Assembly: GCA_051252135.1 (NCBI GenBank) | Contig: JBPOGH010000008.1 | Coordinates: 1-64,000 of the forward strand | Length of the DNA stretch: 64,000 nucleotides | Source of the DNA: Verrucomicrobiaceae bacterium | Lineage (GTDB): Bacteria > Verrucomicrobiota > Verrucomicrobiia > Verrucomicrobiales > Akkermansiaceae | Direction of reading: 5' to 3' | Shown here: piece by piece, positions 1-9,709 of the stretch | Layout of the letters: every line of letters begins with the position of its first letter | Numbering within the stretch: position 1 is the stretch's first letter | The notes under the pieces: generated by a model | Databases searched by the model: none | What the model was told of the DNA's origin: nothing | Seen by the model: the letters and a program-made list of their open reading frames with translations, nothing else | Translations under genes and position numbers: made by a program

Positions 1-286
1 CCCCAACCAAGCCCCCCCAACCAAGCTCCCCGTTCAAATCTAAATGTTAGATGTTAAATGTTCGGTGTTCCTCCCCCTCAACCAAGCCCCCCCAACCAAG
101 CAATTCCTAATCCCTAATTCCAAATTCTCCCCCCTCAACCATCTGCGTAAATCTTCTTAATCTGCGGACACCCTCCCCAACCCAAGCTCCCTCAACCAAG
201 CCCCTCAAGTTCAGCGTCTTCTGCGTTTTCAGCGGTTAAAAAAATCCCCAACCGCGCCTTCGACGTTCAGCCTTCAACGTTCGCGG
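1..286 (+). repeat. Composite intergenic repeat array (CCCCCAACCAAG linker plus short-period modules)
   Basis: CAACCAAG at about 4, 18, 79, 93 and 193 alternates with TTCAAATCTAAATGTTAGATGTTAAATGTTC, AATTCCTAATCCCTAATTC, ATCTGCG..ATCTGCGG and TTCTGCGTTTTCAGCGG modules that recur elsewhere in the window. Confidence 0.85.
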
Positions 287-1819
287 CTACCGCCCATCCC
301 CCGTATAAATAATCTTCCCGTCCTTCGGCGCCTGCGGCCACGGCGTCGTCCCCGGTGCCCACTCCTTCGGCTGCGTCGCCCGCACCTTTTCCACCTCCGC
401 CTTCACCCACGCCGGCACCTCCGCGTTCTCCGCCTGCCCATAAACCCAGGGCAGCGCCGGACTCATTAACCGTTCCATTCCCGTCAGCTTCGGACGCTCC
501 TTCCCCACCGCCTCGACCCGCGCCGCGAGCTCTCTTGCCACCTCCGGAAACTTCGCCGCCACATCCACCTTCTCCCCCGGGTCCGCTTCCAAATCATAGA
601 GTTCCTTCCCCACCAACTTGTACTTCCCCCTCAAGATCGCCGGAAACCGCACACTCCCCGACACCTCAAAAACAACCTCCTCCCGCGGACTCTTCGCCCC
701 CGAAAACAGCACCTCCGTCATATCCATCCCGTCCACCTTCCGCTCCTGCTCCAACGATCCCCCCGCCAGCGTCGCGAACGTGCTGTAGAGGTCCGTCACA
801 TGCATCATCCCGTCGTTGCTCGATCCCGCCTCGATCTTCCCCGGCCACCGCATCACCACCGGCACCCGCACTCCCCCTTCGTAATTCGTATTCTTCGTCC
901 CCCGATACGGCGCGTTCATCTCCTCCCGCAACCCGCCATTATCATTCGCAAAAATCACCAGCGTGTTCTCCCCGAACCCGCTCAGGTCCACCGCCCGCAC
1001 AATCTTCCCCACCGCGTCATCGAGACACTTCAGTGCCGCATGCCGTTTCCCGTAGCGCTCCACATAACGCGGAATCTCCTCCAGCGGCCCGTGCACCGCA
1101 TTGAACGCGACATACATAAAGAACGGCTTCTCTTCCCCCGACATCCGCCGATCCGCAATCACCCGCACCGCCTCATCCGCAATCAAATCCGTACTGTAAC
1201 CCGGCTCAAACACCGGCTTCTGATTCCGATGCCAATCGTACACCGCATACCGCGCCGGCGCATTGTGCGGGATCGTCTTGTTGTTGTAATCAATCCCCCA
1301 CCCGTAGTGCCCGTACTGATGCATGAACCCCTGACCCATCGGCAGCTGCCCCGGCAACCACTCCCCGCAATGCCACTTCCCCGAGATCGACGTAAAATAC
1401 CCCGACTCCTTCAGCACCTCGGCCACCGTCCGCTCCTCCGTCGCCAAACCATGAATCCGCCGCGTCTCATCCCCCGCCTCATTCTTCACCAACTCCATCC
1501 CCAGCTTCGCCAAATAACTCGGCTTCCCAAAATCCTCACTCCGCCAATCACTCCACGTCCGAAAGGCATAACGCCCCGTCAAAAAAGCCGCCCGCGTCGG
1601 CGCACACACCGCATGCACATAAAACTGCGTCAAACTCACCCCCTCCTCCCGCAACCCGTCAATATGCGGCGTCAGCTTCTTGTTCCCCCCATTAAACCCC
1701 ACCTCATTCCACCCCATGTCATCCGCCAAAATAAACACAATATTCGGCCGCACCCCCGCCACCTCACTCCCCTCAACAACCCCACCCAACAAAACCAACA
1801 ACAAACAAAACATCCGCAT
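287..1819 (-). CDS. Arylsulfatase (Cys-type formylglycine sulfatase), secreted
   Basis: Signal peptide; RPNIVFILADDMG; CAPTRAAFLTGR (CxPxR); GKWH; NDNGG; YEGGVRVP; ELYDLEADPGE. Confidence 0.93.
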   Translation of the reverse strand: MRMFCLLLVLLGGVVEGSEVAGVRPNIVFILADDMGWNEVGFNGGNKKLTPHIDGLREEGVSLTQFYVHAVCAPTRAAFLTGRYAFRTWSDWRSEDFGKPSYLAKLGMELVKNEAGDETRRIHGLATEERTVAEVLKESGYFTSISGKWHCGEWLPGQLPMGQGFMHQYGHYGWGIDYNNKTIPHNAPARYAVYDWHRNQKPVFEPGYSTDLIADEAVRVIADRRMSGEEKPFFMYVAFNAVHGPLEEIPRYVERYGKRHAALKCLDDAVGKIVRAVDLSGFGENTLVIFANDNGGLREEMNAPYRGTKNTNYEGGVRVPVVMRWPGKIEAGSSNDGMMHVTDLYSTFATLAGGSLEQERKVDGMDMTEVLFSGAKSPREEVVFEVSGSVRFPAILRGKYKLVGKELYDLEADPGEKVDVAAKFPEVARELAARVEAVGKERPKLTGMERLMSPALPWVYGQAENAEVPAWVKAEVEKVRATQPKEWAPGTTPWPQAPKDGKIIYTGDGR

Positions 1820-1845
1820 CCCCCGTCTCTACCCCACCCCCTCCC

Positions 1846-2289
1846 AACTTCAAAGTTCAGAGTTCAGCCCACCCACCCATCAACCCAATAAGGAGAGCGG
1901 CCATTCCTGTCCGCCCCCTCAACCAAGCCCCCCAACCAACCCCCTCAACCAAGCTCCCCAACCCCGGCAATTCAAATCTAAATGTTAGATGTTAAATGTT
2001 CAGTGTTCACCCCCCCAACCAAGCCCCTCAACCAAGCTCCCCAACCCCGGCAATTCAAATCTAAATGTTAGATGTTAAATGTTCAGTGTTCACCCCCCTC
2101 AACCAAGCCCCCTCAACCATCCCATTCATCTGCGTCCATCTGCGTCCATCTGCGGTTAACTCCCCCCCAATCAACCAATTCCTAATCCCTAATTCTAAAT
2201 TCTAAATTCCAAACTCTCCCACCGCTCTCAGCCCGCCGCTCGCAAGCTCATAGCCAAAAGCCATCCGCCACCCACCCCACCCCCAACAC
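1846..2289 (+). repeat. Composite intergenic repeat array containing an 83-bp tandem duplication
   Basis: CCCCTCAACCAAGCTCCCCAACCCCGGCAATTCAAATCTAAATGTTAGATGTTAAATGTTCAGTGTTCACCCCCC starts at 1941 and again at 2024. ATCTGCGTCCATCTGCG and AATTCCTAATCCCTAATTCT modules follow. Confidence 0.88.
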
Positions 2290-3201
2290 CTAAACATCAC
2301 AAATCCCAATCGCCTCCCGAAGCCCCTCCACCGCATCCCCCTGCGGAATCCACTCATGCCCCACATACCCCTCATACCCCACCGTTAAGAGCGCCTTCAT
2401 CACCCCCCGATAATTGATCTCCTGATCATCGCCGATCTCTCCCCTCCCCGGATTCCCCGCAATCTGCACATGCCCGATCACCTCCGCATGCTCCTCAATC
2501 CGCCGGATCAAATCCCCGTCCATGATCTGCACATGGTACGCATCAAAGAGCACCTTCAACCCCGGCGACCCCACCGCCTTCACAATCTCCACACAATAAT
2601 CGATATGATCCCCCTGGTAACCCGGATGCCCCATCATCGCCTCCCCCACCCGTGAATTCAGCGGCTCGATCACCATCGTCACCTTCAGCTTCTCCGCCAC
2701 CCGCGCCATCTTCTTGTATCCCTCAATGCAGTTCCGCATCCCCTCCTCCGCATCCACCACACTCCCGTTCTCCTCCCCCGACGTATCCGCCATCCCCGTA
2801 AAGGTCATCACATTCGGAAACCCCGCCGCGCTCGTCGCCTCCATCGCCGACTCCAACGCCCCAAAGCACTCCGCATGATGACCCTTGTTGTTCATCCCCC
2901 GAATGAAGGTGTGCGATTTCGTAGCCGCGCAAACCAACCCCGTCCCCTGCAACAAATTCCAATTCTCCACCGGAAACAACTCCACCCCCGAAACCCCCAG
3001 CGCCAGCGCCTGCCTCACCAACTCCTCCGGCGTCCACCCCGCCCCCTTAAAAAACGGCCACGCCGCAATCACCTGCTTGATCCAACCCTTCCGCGCCACC
3101 ACCTCCTCACCCGTCTCCTGCCCACATCCCCCCAATAACCCCATCGCCCCCGCACCCATCAAAAACCCACGACGCGTCCCCTTCACTGATCCATCATTCA
3201 T
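2290..3201 (-). CDS. Hydroxypyruvate isomerase-like TIM-barrel protein with twin-arginine (Tat) signal
   Basis: N-terminal TRRGFL...LGGC; IEPLN, FDAYHVQIMDGD, GHVQIAGNPGRGE and GYVGHEW motifs of the Hyi/xylose-isomerase-like family. Confidence 0.85.
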   Translation of the reverse strand: MNDGSVKGTRRGFLMGAGAMGLLGGCGQETGEEVVARKGWIKQVIAAWPFFKGAGWTPEELVRQALALGVSGVELFPVENWNLLQGTGLVCAATKSHTFIRGMNNKGHHAECFGALESAMEATSAAGFPNVMTFTGMADTSGEENGSVVDAEEGMRNCIEGYKKMARVAEKLKVTMVIEPLNSRVGEAMMGHPGYQGDHIDYCVEIVKAVGSPGLKVLFDAYHVQIMDGDLIRRIEEHAEVIGHVQIAGNPGRGEIGDDQEINYRGVMKALLTVGYEGYVGHEWIPQGDAVEGLREAIGICDV

Positions 3202-3289
3202 CCCCCAAACCTACCAAACCCCCACCACCAGCCAATCAACAAAATCCAAACACCCAGGCTGCTCACCCCAACGAAACCTCGCAACAAAA

Positions 3290-3376
3290 GACCTGAAGGG
3301 TCGACAGAACAAAGCCCATGGCTTCAGCCATGGAAATACCGCAGCCCGGGCCCAGCGCCCTGAAAGGTCGCGAGAA
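3290..3376. repeat. REP-like triple-hairpin element
   Basis: GACCTGAAGGGTC, CCATGGCTTCAGCCATGG and GCCCTGAAAGGTCGC hairpins. Related units lie at 23893-23985 and 44841-45098. Confidence 0.7.
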
Positions 3377-3485
3377 TTTCACGCCACACCTTTCCACCCC
3401 ACCATCTCAGGTCAACCAACGCAAACGGTGTTGCGTCCCCACGATCCATCTTTTCATCTTAGACTACCTATCCATCGCCCCATCC

Positions 3486-3785
3486 TCACTTCAACCATTC
3501 TGCCACTGCTTGGACCCGAGAGCTCCTCACTTCGCCCGAAAAAATACCAACCTGTAAGCGCCACCTGAAAAACACCCGCCCCGAATCCCAAACCTGAAAC
3601 CCCTTCAACTCAAGAGCATCAGAATCCGGTTCCCCAAGACGATGATGAAGCTCTTCAACCGTCATTCCCACATGAACAAATTCCCAACTCTCAGGCTTGG
3701 AACAGGCCCACCAAAAATAAGCGGTGAACACAAAAATCACGCACACCACCAAGACCGTTATAATCTTTATCCGCACCTCCCCCAT
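3486..3785 (-). CDS. Small membrane-anchored hypothetical protein (SmpA/BamE-like motif); probable gene cassette ORF
   Basis: 99 aa, N-terminal TM helix, VGMTVEELHHRLGEPD motif. The ATG lies 5 nt after the GTTC core of the attC site. Confidence 0.65.
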   Translation of the reverse strand: MGEVRIKIITVLVVCVIFVFTAYFWWACSKPESWEFVHVGMTVEELHHRLGEPDSDALELKGFQVWDSGRVFFRWRLQVGIFSGEVRSSRVQAVAEWLK

Positions 3786-3787
3786 TT

Positions 3788-3912
3788 TTTGAACGTCGAA
3801 GTCATCTCACACCTGACCGAGGGTGAACTCCGATTTCTGGGTTGAAGGTTGATTCGTCATGAAGCTTTCGACCCGCCAAGGGTCAGGTGTTGAGATCGAC
3901 GCCTTGTTCTGC
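3788..3912 (-). mobile_element. Integron attC-like recombination site (125 bp)
   Basis: On the - strand: R'' GCAGAAC, 5-nt spacer AAGGC, arm GTCGATCTCAACACCTGACC ... GGTCAGGTGTGAGATGAC, 6-nt spacer TTCGAC, R' GTTCAAA. Two unpaired bases lie in one arm, and there is an inner inverted repeat at about 3839-3874. Confidence 0.8.
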
Positions 3913-4470
3913 AAGTTGTTTTATGTGGGCACTTAACGCCTCAAGACGCCTTCCTCCAAAGTGTTCAATCCGATACGCCCTTGGGTAACCAGTAGTATCA
4001 AACTGAATGCCGTCACTAAAGAGAAAGAGATCCTCAAAATCCTCGAAGAGGAGACCAACGGCTGTAGTCCCAGCTTCGTCGGCAGGTTCTGTCCTGAGAT
4101 GCCAATGGCCTACAAAACTCACATAGCGAGCATCTGTAGCCGCAGGAATCACCCGCTTGATCTCTAGATATGCATCATCGTGACAGAGAAAGGTAACCCA
4201 ACACGCAGCGGACTCTGACAATAGCGCAGCAAGCCCAGAAAAGAGCAATGAGGAATCGGGCGGCGCAATATCGGAAAAGTGCCACTCGGGGGAAGGCCGA
4301 AATCCATCAATGAGGAAGTCGTAAAGTTGCTTCGTAACCTTGGTTGAGTAGATCTCGGTTCGGACGCCCAACCGCTCGGCATCAATCCAGTCACCATCCA
4401 CAAGATTACTCTCAACCCAAGAACGAACTAGCTCCTTGCGCTTCTCTTGCTGTTCGATCTCGGATGGCAT
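3883..4470 (-). CDS. Hypothetical protein carried on an integron-type gene cassette
   Basis: 195 aa with unskewed codon usage. It is preceded by GTTCTGC and its 3' end runs into the attC site (…AEQGVDLNT*). Confidence 0.7.
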   Translation of the reverse strand: MPSEIEQQEKRKELVRSWVESNLVDGDWIDAERLGVRTEIYSTKVTKQLYDFLIDGFRPSPEWHFSDIAPPDSSLLFSGLAALLSESAACWVTFLCHDDAYLEIKRVIPAATDARYVSFVGHWHLRTEPADEAGTTAVGLLFEDFEDLFLFSDGIQFDTTGYPRAYRIEHFGGRRLEALSAHIKQLAEQGVDLNT

Positions 4471-4477
4471 TTTTTAT

Positions 4478-4497
4478 GCAGAACAGTAGGATTATCG
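4478..4497 (-). other. Cassette core site, attI-like (GATAATCCTACTGTTCTGC)
   Basis: GTTCTGC is the exact reverse complement of the attC R'' GCAGAAC. No palindromic arm lies upstream, so this is not a full attC. Confidence 0.5.
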
Positions 4498-4519
4498 TGC
4501 TTGCGTAGCAAGTTGCGAT

Positions 4520-4745
4520 CAACCCCCTATAATCCCCCATTCGCTCCGCTCCAATTCTAATCATCCATCAAATTCGTCAAGCTCCAAGCATCAGGGTTCT
4601 CTCCACTCCCCCCGCAACCAAGCCTTCAACGTTCAGAGTTGAACGTTCAATGTTCAGCGTTCAAAGCCCCCCCTCCCTCAATCTCCCCCTCCCATCTGTC
4701 TCCCCTTTCCAAAATCCCAAAATTTTCAAAATTTCAACCTTCTCC
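4520..4745 (+). repeat. Degenerate composite repeat array
   Basis: CAACCAAG at about 4615 is followed by TTCAACGTTCAGAGTTGAACGTTCAATGTTCAGCGTTC heptamer repeats and AAAATTTTC repeats. Confidence 0.65.
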
Positions 4746-4775
4746 CTTCCGCCCTCACCATTCACCTTCCCGCCC

Positions 4776-6683
<1,908 letters not shown>

Positions 6684-6886
6684 TACCAAGTAGAGTTTCA
6701 AAATAGCGGAATGCCGAAGTGATTTCTTGAGAGAGCAAGGCATGACGAGGGCGTGGTCTGGAGACCACAACCGAGGAAAAACGCCGCTATCTCAAGAAAG
6801 CGCTCGGCTTGATCAACTCCACAAAGTGCTGTTCAAAAATGAGCACTTAAAACAAACATTCCGCTATTTTGGAACTCGGAGTGGTA
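6684..6886. mobile_element. MITE-like element (203 bp)
   Basis: 30-bp terminal inverted repeats (6684-6713 and 6857-6886, 25/30 matching), TAA directly repeated on both flanks, and an internal inverted repeat TTCTTGAGAGAGC/GCTATCTCAAGAA. Confidence 0.8.
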
Positions 6887-6908
6887 TAAGTCCCATTGGA
6901 GCGTCGCT

Positions 6909-7023
6909 CTATGAGCGTCGCAAACTCCGCCGCCACACCATCGGCAAAAATCCCAACGCCAGCAGGCTCCGGAACCACCGGGATATCCGAAAGCGTAAAC
7001 GCAAAAGGAGCCGTATTGGGCGC
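6909..7023 (-). pseudogene. 3' remnant of a PEP-CTERM protein gene
   Basis: …FAFTLSDIPVVPEP, then a frame change gives LLALGFLPMVWRRSLRRS*. No 5' part is present. Confidence 0.6.
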
Positions 7024-7024
7024 C

Positions 7025-7243
7025 CTATGCCTGAACCGCCGCCGCCGCCTCACCGGGCTTCGGAAAATGCCCGCTGCGCTCTTTCTTCCAAATCACCTCA
7101 CCATCGCGACGAATCTCAAAAATCCCGCCGCTCCCGCCCACCAGCGTCACAGACTCTCCGGTCACTTGTTCAATCTCAGCAGACACACGGTCCGCCTCAG
7201 GAAGGTAGTTTCACATCTGGCAGTATTCAATCTCAAGGGCCAT
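7025..7243 (-). CDS. SelW/SelT/SelH (Rdx) family selenoprotein, 72 aa, Sec at codon 11
   Basis: Manual translation gives MALEIEYCQM-U(TGA 7213-7211)-NYLPEADRVSAEIEQVTGESVTLVGGSGGIFEIRRDGEVIWKKERSGHFPKPGEAAAAVQA*. It has the Rdx hallmarks IEYCxxU, GxFEI, and K…G.FP. Confidence 0.88.
7179..7195 (-). promoter_or_regulatory. Putative bacterial SECIS hairpin
   Basis: GCGGAC-CGUGU-GUCUGC stem-loop (6 bp including one G-U pair). The G-containing loop begins 21 nt after the UGA. Confidence 0.6.
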
Positions 7244-7364
7244 GCCGGACCCTAACCCAAATTCACGCTAACGCAAAGAATCACAGTGCAGTCTCCCCCG
7301 GAATCCGCCAACCTCCCTCGTCTGCCTCGCGCCTCTCATTCAAAATTCCCAATTCCTAATTCTC

Positions 7365-8300
7365 ATGTCACCCATTTTCCAAGGCTGCATCCCCGCCCTC
7401 ATGACCCCCTGCGATGCCGACGGCACCATCAACTACGATGCCCTCGTCGAAACCGCCACCTCCCTCATCAACCAAGGCATGCGCGGCGTCGTTTACTGCG
7501 GTTCCATGGGCGACTGGCCCCTCCTCACCGATGACCAACGCATGGAAGGCATCAGCCGCCTGGTTCAAGCAGGCATCCCCACCGTCGTCGGCACCGGAGC
7601 CCAAAACACCACCATCGCCGCCGCCCATGCCGCCCACGCCAAAGAGGTCGGAGCCGATGGCCTCATGGTCATCCCCCGCGTCCTTTCCCGTGGCTCCTCT
7701 CCCGCCGCCCAGGTCCACCACTTTTCCGAAATCCTCAAGGCCGGTGGCGACCTCCCCGCCGTCATCTACAACTCGCCCTACTACGGATTCGAAACCAAAG
7801 CCGACCTCTTCTTCAGCCTCCGCGCAAAGTTCTCCTCCCTCGTCGGCTTCAAGGAATTCGGAGGCGCCCAATCCCTCAGCTACGCAGCCGAAAACATCAC
7901 CTCCATCGACGAGTCCGTCATCCTCATGGCCGGCGTCGACACCCAGGTCTACCACGGCTTCGTCAACTGCGGCGCCACCGGAGCCATCACCGGAGTCGGC
8001 AACGCCCTCCCCAAGGAAATCCTCCGCTTCATCGAGCTCTGCGAGTCCGCCGCCCAAGGCAACCCTCACGACCGCCGCCTCGCCCTCGAACTCTCCGAAG
8101 CCCTCACCGTCCTTTCCACCTTCGACGAAGGCCCCGACCTCGTCCTCTACTACAAAGAGCTCATGGTCCTCGAAGGTCACACCGCCTACCAACACCAGAT
8201 CCACTCCTACGACCAACTCTCCCCCTCCCAAAAACAATTCCTCCACACCCAGCACGCCCTCTTCCGCAACTGGTGGAACAACTGGGAAGGCAAAGCCTAA
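7365..8300 (+). CDS. DHDPS-family enzyme, probably 1-pyrroline-4-hydroxy-2-carboxylate deaminase
   Basis: YCGSMGDW, YNSPYY, GFKEFGG and GAITGVGN motifs; adjacent to a proline racemase-family gene. Confidence 0.85.
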   Translation: MSPIFQGCIPALMTPCDADGTINYDALVETATSLINQGMRGVVYCGSMGDWPLLTDDQRMEGISRLVQAGIPTVVGTGAQNTTIAAAHAAHAKEVGADGLMVIPRVLSRGSSPAAQVHHFSEILKAGGDLPAVIYNSPYYGFETKADLFFSLRAKFSSLVGFKEFGGAQSLSYAAENITSIDESVILMAGVDTQVYHGFVNCGATGAITGVGNALPKEILRFIELCESAAQGNPHDRRLALELSEALTVLSTFDEGPDLVLYYKELMVLEGHTAYQHQIHSYDQLSPSQKQFLHTQHALFRNWWNNWEGKA

Positions 8301-8309
8301 CCAAAATAT

Positions 8310-8505
8310 GGAGCAACACCGTCCCGCCCTGCCCCCCCAACCAAGCCAATCATCCATTCGTCCAATTCTCAAATCATTCATTCCCTCCCCCCCAACCAAG
8401 CCAATCATCCATTCGTCCAATTCTCAAATCATTCATTCCCTCCCCCCAACCAAGCCTTCAAAGTTCAAATCTCACTGTTCTCTGTTCAGAGTTCACCTCC
8501 CTTAA
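8310..8505 (+). repeat. Composite repeat array with a ~55-bp tandem unit
   Basis: CAACCAAG at 8338, 8393 and 8447 separates two copies of CCAATCATCCATTCGTCCAATTCTCAAATCATTCATTCCC. A TTCAAAG/TGTTC module follows. Confidence 0.88.
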
Positions 8506-8512
8506 CCCTCCG

Positions 8513-9454
8513 ATGAAAATCCAGGTCATCGACTCCCACACTGCCGGCGAACCCACTCGCGTCGTCATCGGCGGCGCACCCGTCCCACCTTCTCCTGGAG
8601 CCCTCGCCGCCCGCGACTTCCTCTCATCCGAAGCCGACTGGCTCCGCACCGCCCTCATCAACGAACCCCGCGGCTTCGAAGCCATCGTCGGCGCTTACCT
8701 CTGCCAACCCGCCGATCCCACCTGCGTCACCGGAGTCGTCTTCTTCAACAACGACTCCTACCTCAACGGCTGCCTTCATGGTACGATCGGACTCGTCCAA
8801 ACCCTCCACCACCTCGGTCGCATCGCCCCCGGGGACCACCGCATCGAGACCCCCGTTGGCATCATCACCGCCACCCTTTCAACCGACGGATCCATCACCG
8901 TCCAAAACGTCCCCTCCTACCGCTTCGCGGAAAAGGTCACCGTCGACGTCCCCGGCCACGGCCCCGTCACCGGCGACATCTCCTGGGGCGGCAACTGGTT
9001 CTTCCTCATCTCCAACCAAGGCCCCGACGTCCGCTTCCAAAACATCGACGCCCTCACCGCCTTCACCTGGTCCGTCCGCCAGGCCCTCGAAGCCCAACAC
9101 ATCACCGGCGCCGATGGCGGCCTCATCGACCACATCGAGACCTTCGCTTCCCCCGCCCCCGGCATCACCGCCGACTCCCAAAACTTCGTCCTCTGCCCCG
9201 GCAAAGCCTACGACCGCTCACCCTGCGGCACCGGCACCTCTGCCAAGCTCGCCTGCCTCGCCGCCTCCGGCCAACTCGCCGAAGGACAAACCTGGACCCA
9301 GGCCTCCATCATCGGCACCACCTTCCAGGGCACCTACAAATCCCTCCCCGAAGGAAAAATCACCCCCATCATCACCGGCACCGCCCACATCACCGCCGAG
9401 GCCACCCTCATCCTCAACCCCAACGACCCCTTCCACCACGGCATCACCCCCTAG
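8513..9454 (+). CDS. Proline racemase-family protein, probably 4-hydroxyproline 2-epimerase
   Basis: IDSHTAGEPTR, EPRG, NGCLHG (first catalytic Cys), WGGNWF and DRSPCGTGTSA (second Cys). True ATG at 8513. Confidence 0.9.
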   Translation: MKIQVIDSHTAGEPTRVVIGGAPVPPSPGALAARDFLSSEADWLRTALINEPRGFEAIVGAYLCQPADPTCVTGVVFFNNDSYLNGCLHGTIGLVQTLHHLGRIAPGDHRIETPVGIITATLSTDGSITVQNVPSYRFAEKVTVDVPGHGPVTGDISWGGNWFFLISNQGPDVRFQNIDALTAFTWSVRQALEAQHITGADGGLIDHIETFASPAPGITADSQNFVLCPGKAYDRSPCGTGTSAKLACLAASGQLAEGQTWTQASIIGTTFQGTYKSLPEGKITPIITGTAHITAEATLILNPNDPFHHGITP

Positions 9455-9459
9455 CCCAA

Positions 9460-9705
9460 GCAAAGGAGTCGCGGCGCCCCCGCCGCTTATCAACCAAGCC
9501 CCCCAACCAAGCCCCCCAACCAAGCCAATCCTCCATTCGTCCAATCCTCAAATCATCCATTCCCTCCCCCCCAACCAAGCCCCCCAACCCAAACTTCTGA
9601 TTTTCTGCGTTTTCTGTGGTCACCCCCCCAACCCAAGCCCCCCAACCAAGAATCCCTTCCATCCTGTTCATCTGCGGTTAAAAACCTACTCAACCAACTT
9701 CCAAA
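9460..9705 (+). repeat. Composite repeat array
   Basis: About five CAACCAAG linkers with the CCAATC.TCCATTCGTCCAAT module, a TTCTGCGTTTTCTGTGG module and an ATCCTGTTCATCTGCGG module. Confidence 0.85.
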
Positions 9706-9709
9706 TCCC

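Noticed and set aside
1846..2289. Possible CRISPR array (also 8310-8505 and 9460-9705)
   Set aside because: The constant part is only about 13 nt, the intervening sequences are themselves repeated rather than unique, spacing is irregular and no cas genes are present.
4470..4502. Possible dif/Xer site (…ACGATAA-TCCTAC-TGTT…)
   Set aside because: No XerD arm (TTATGTTAAAT-like) and no skew inversion here. A cassette core site explains it better.
6727..7359. 210-aa Arg-rich + strand ORF
   Set aside because: It runs across a MITE, a PEP-CTERM remnant and the antisense of the selenoprotein gene, and has no protein-like features.
8273..8512. N-terminal extension of the racemase ORF containing a repeated peptide
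   Set aside because: It is a translation of the intergenic repeat array. Family similarity begins at MKIQVIDSHT (8513).
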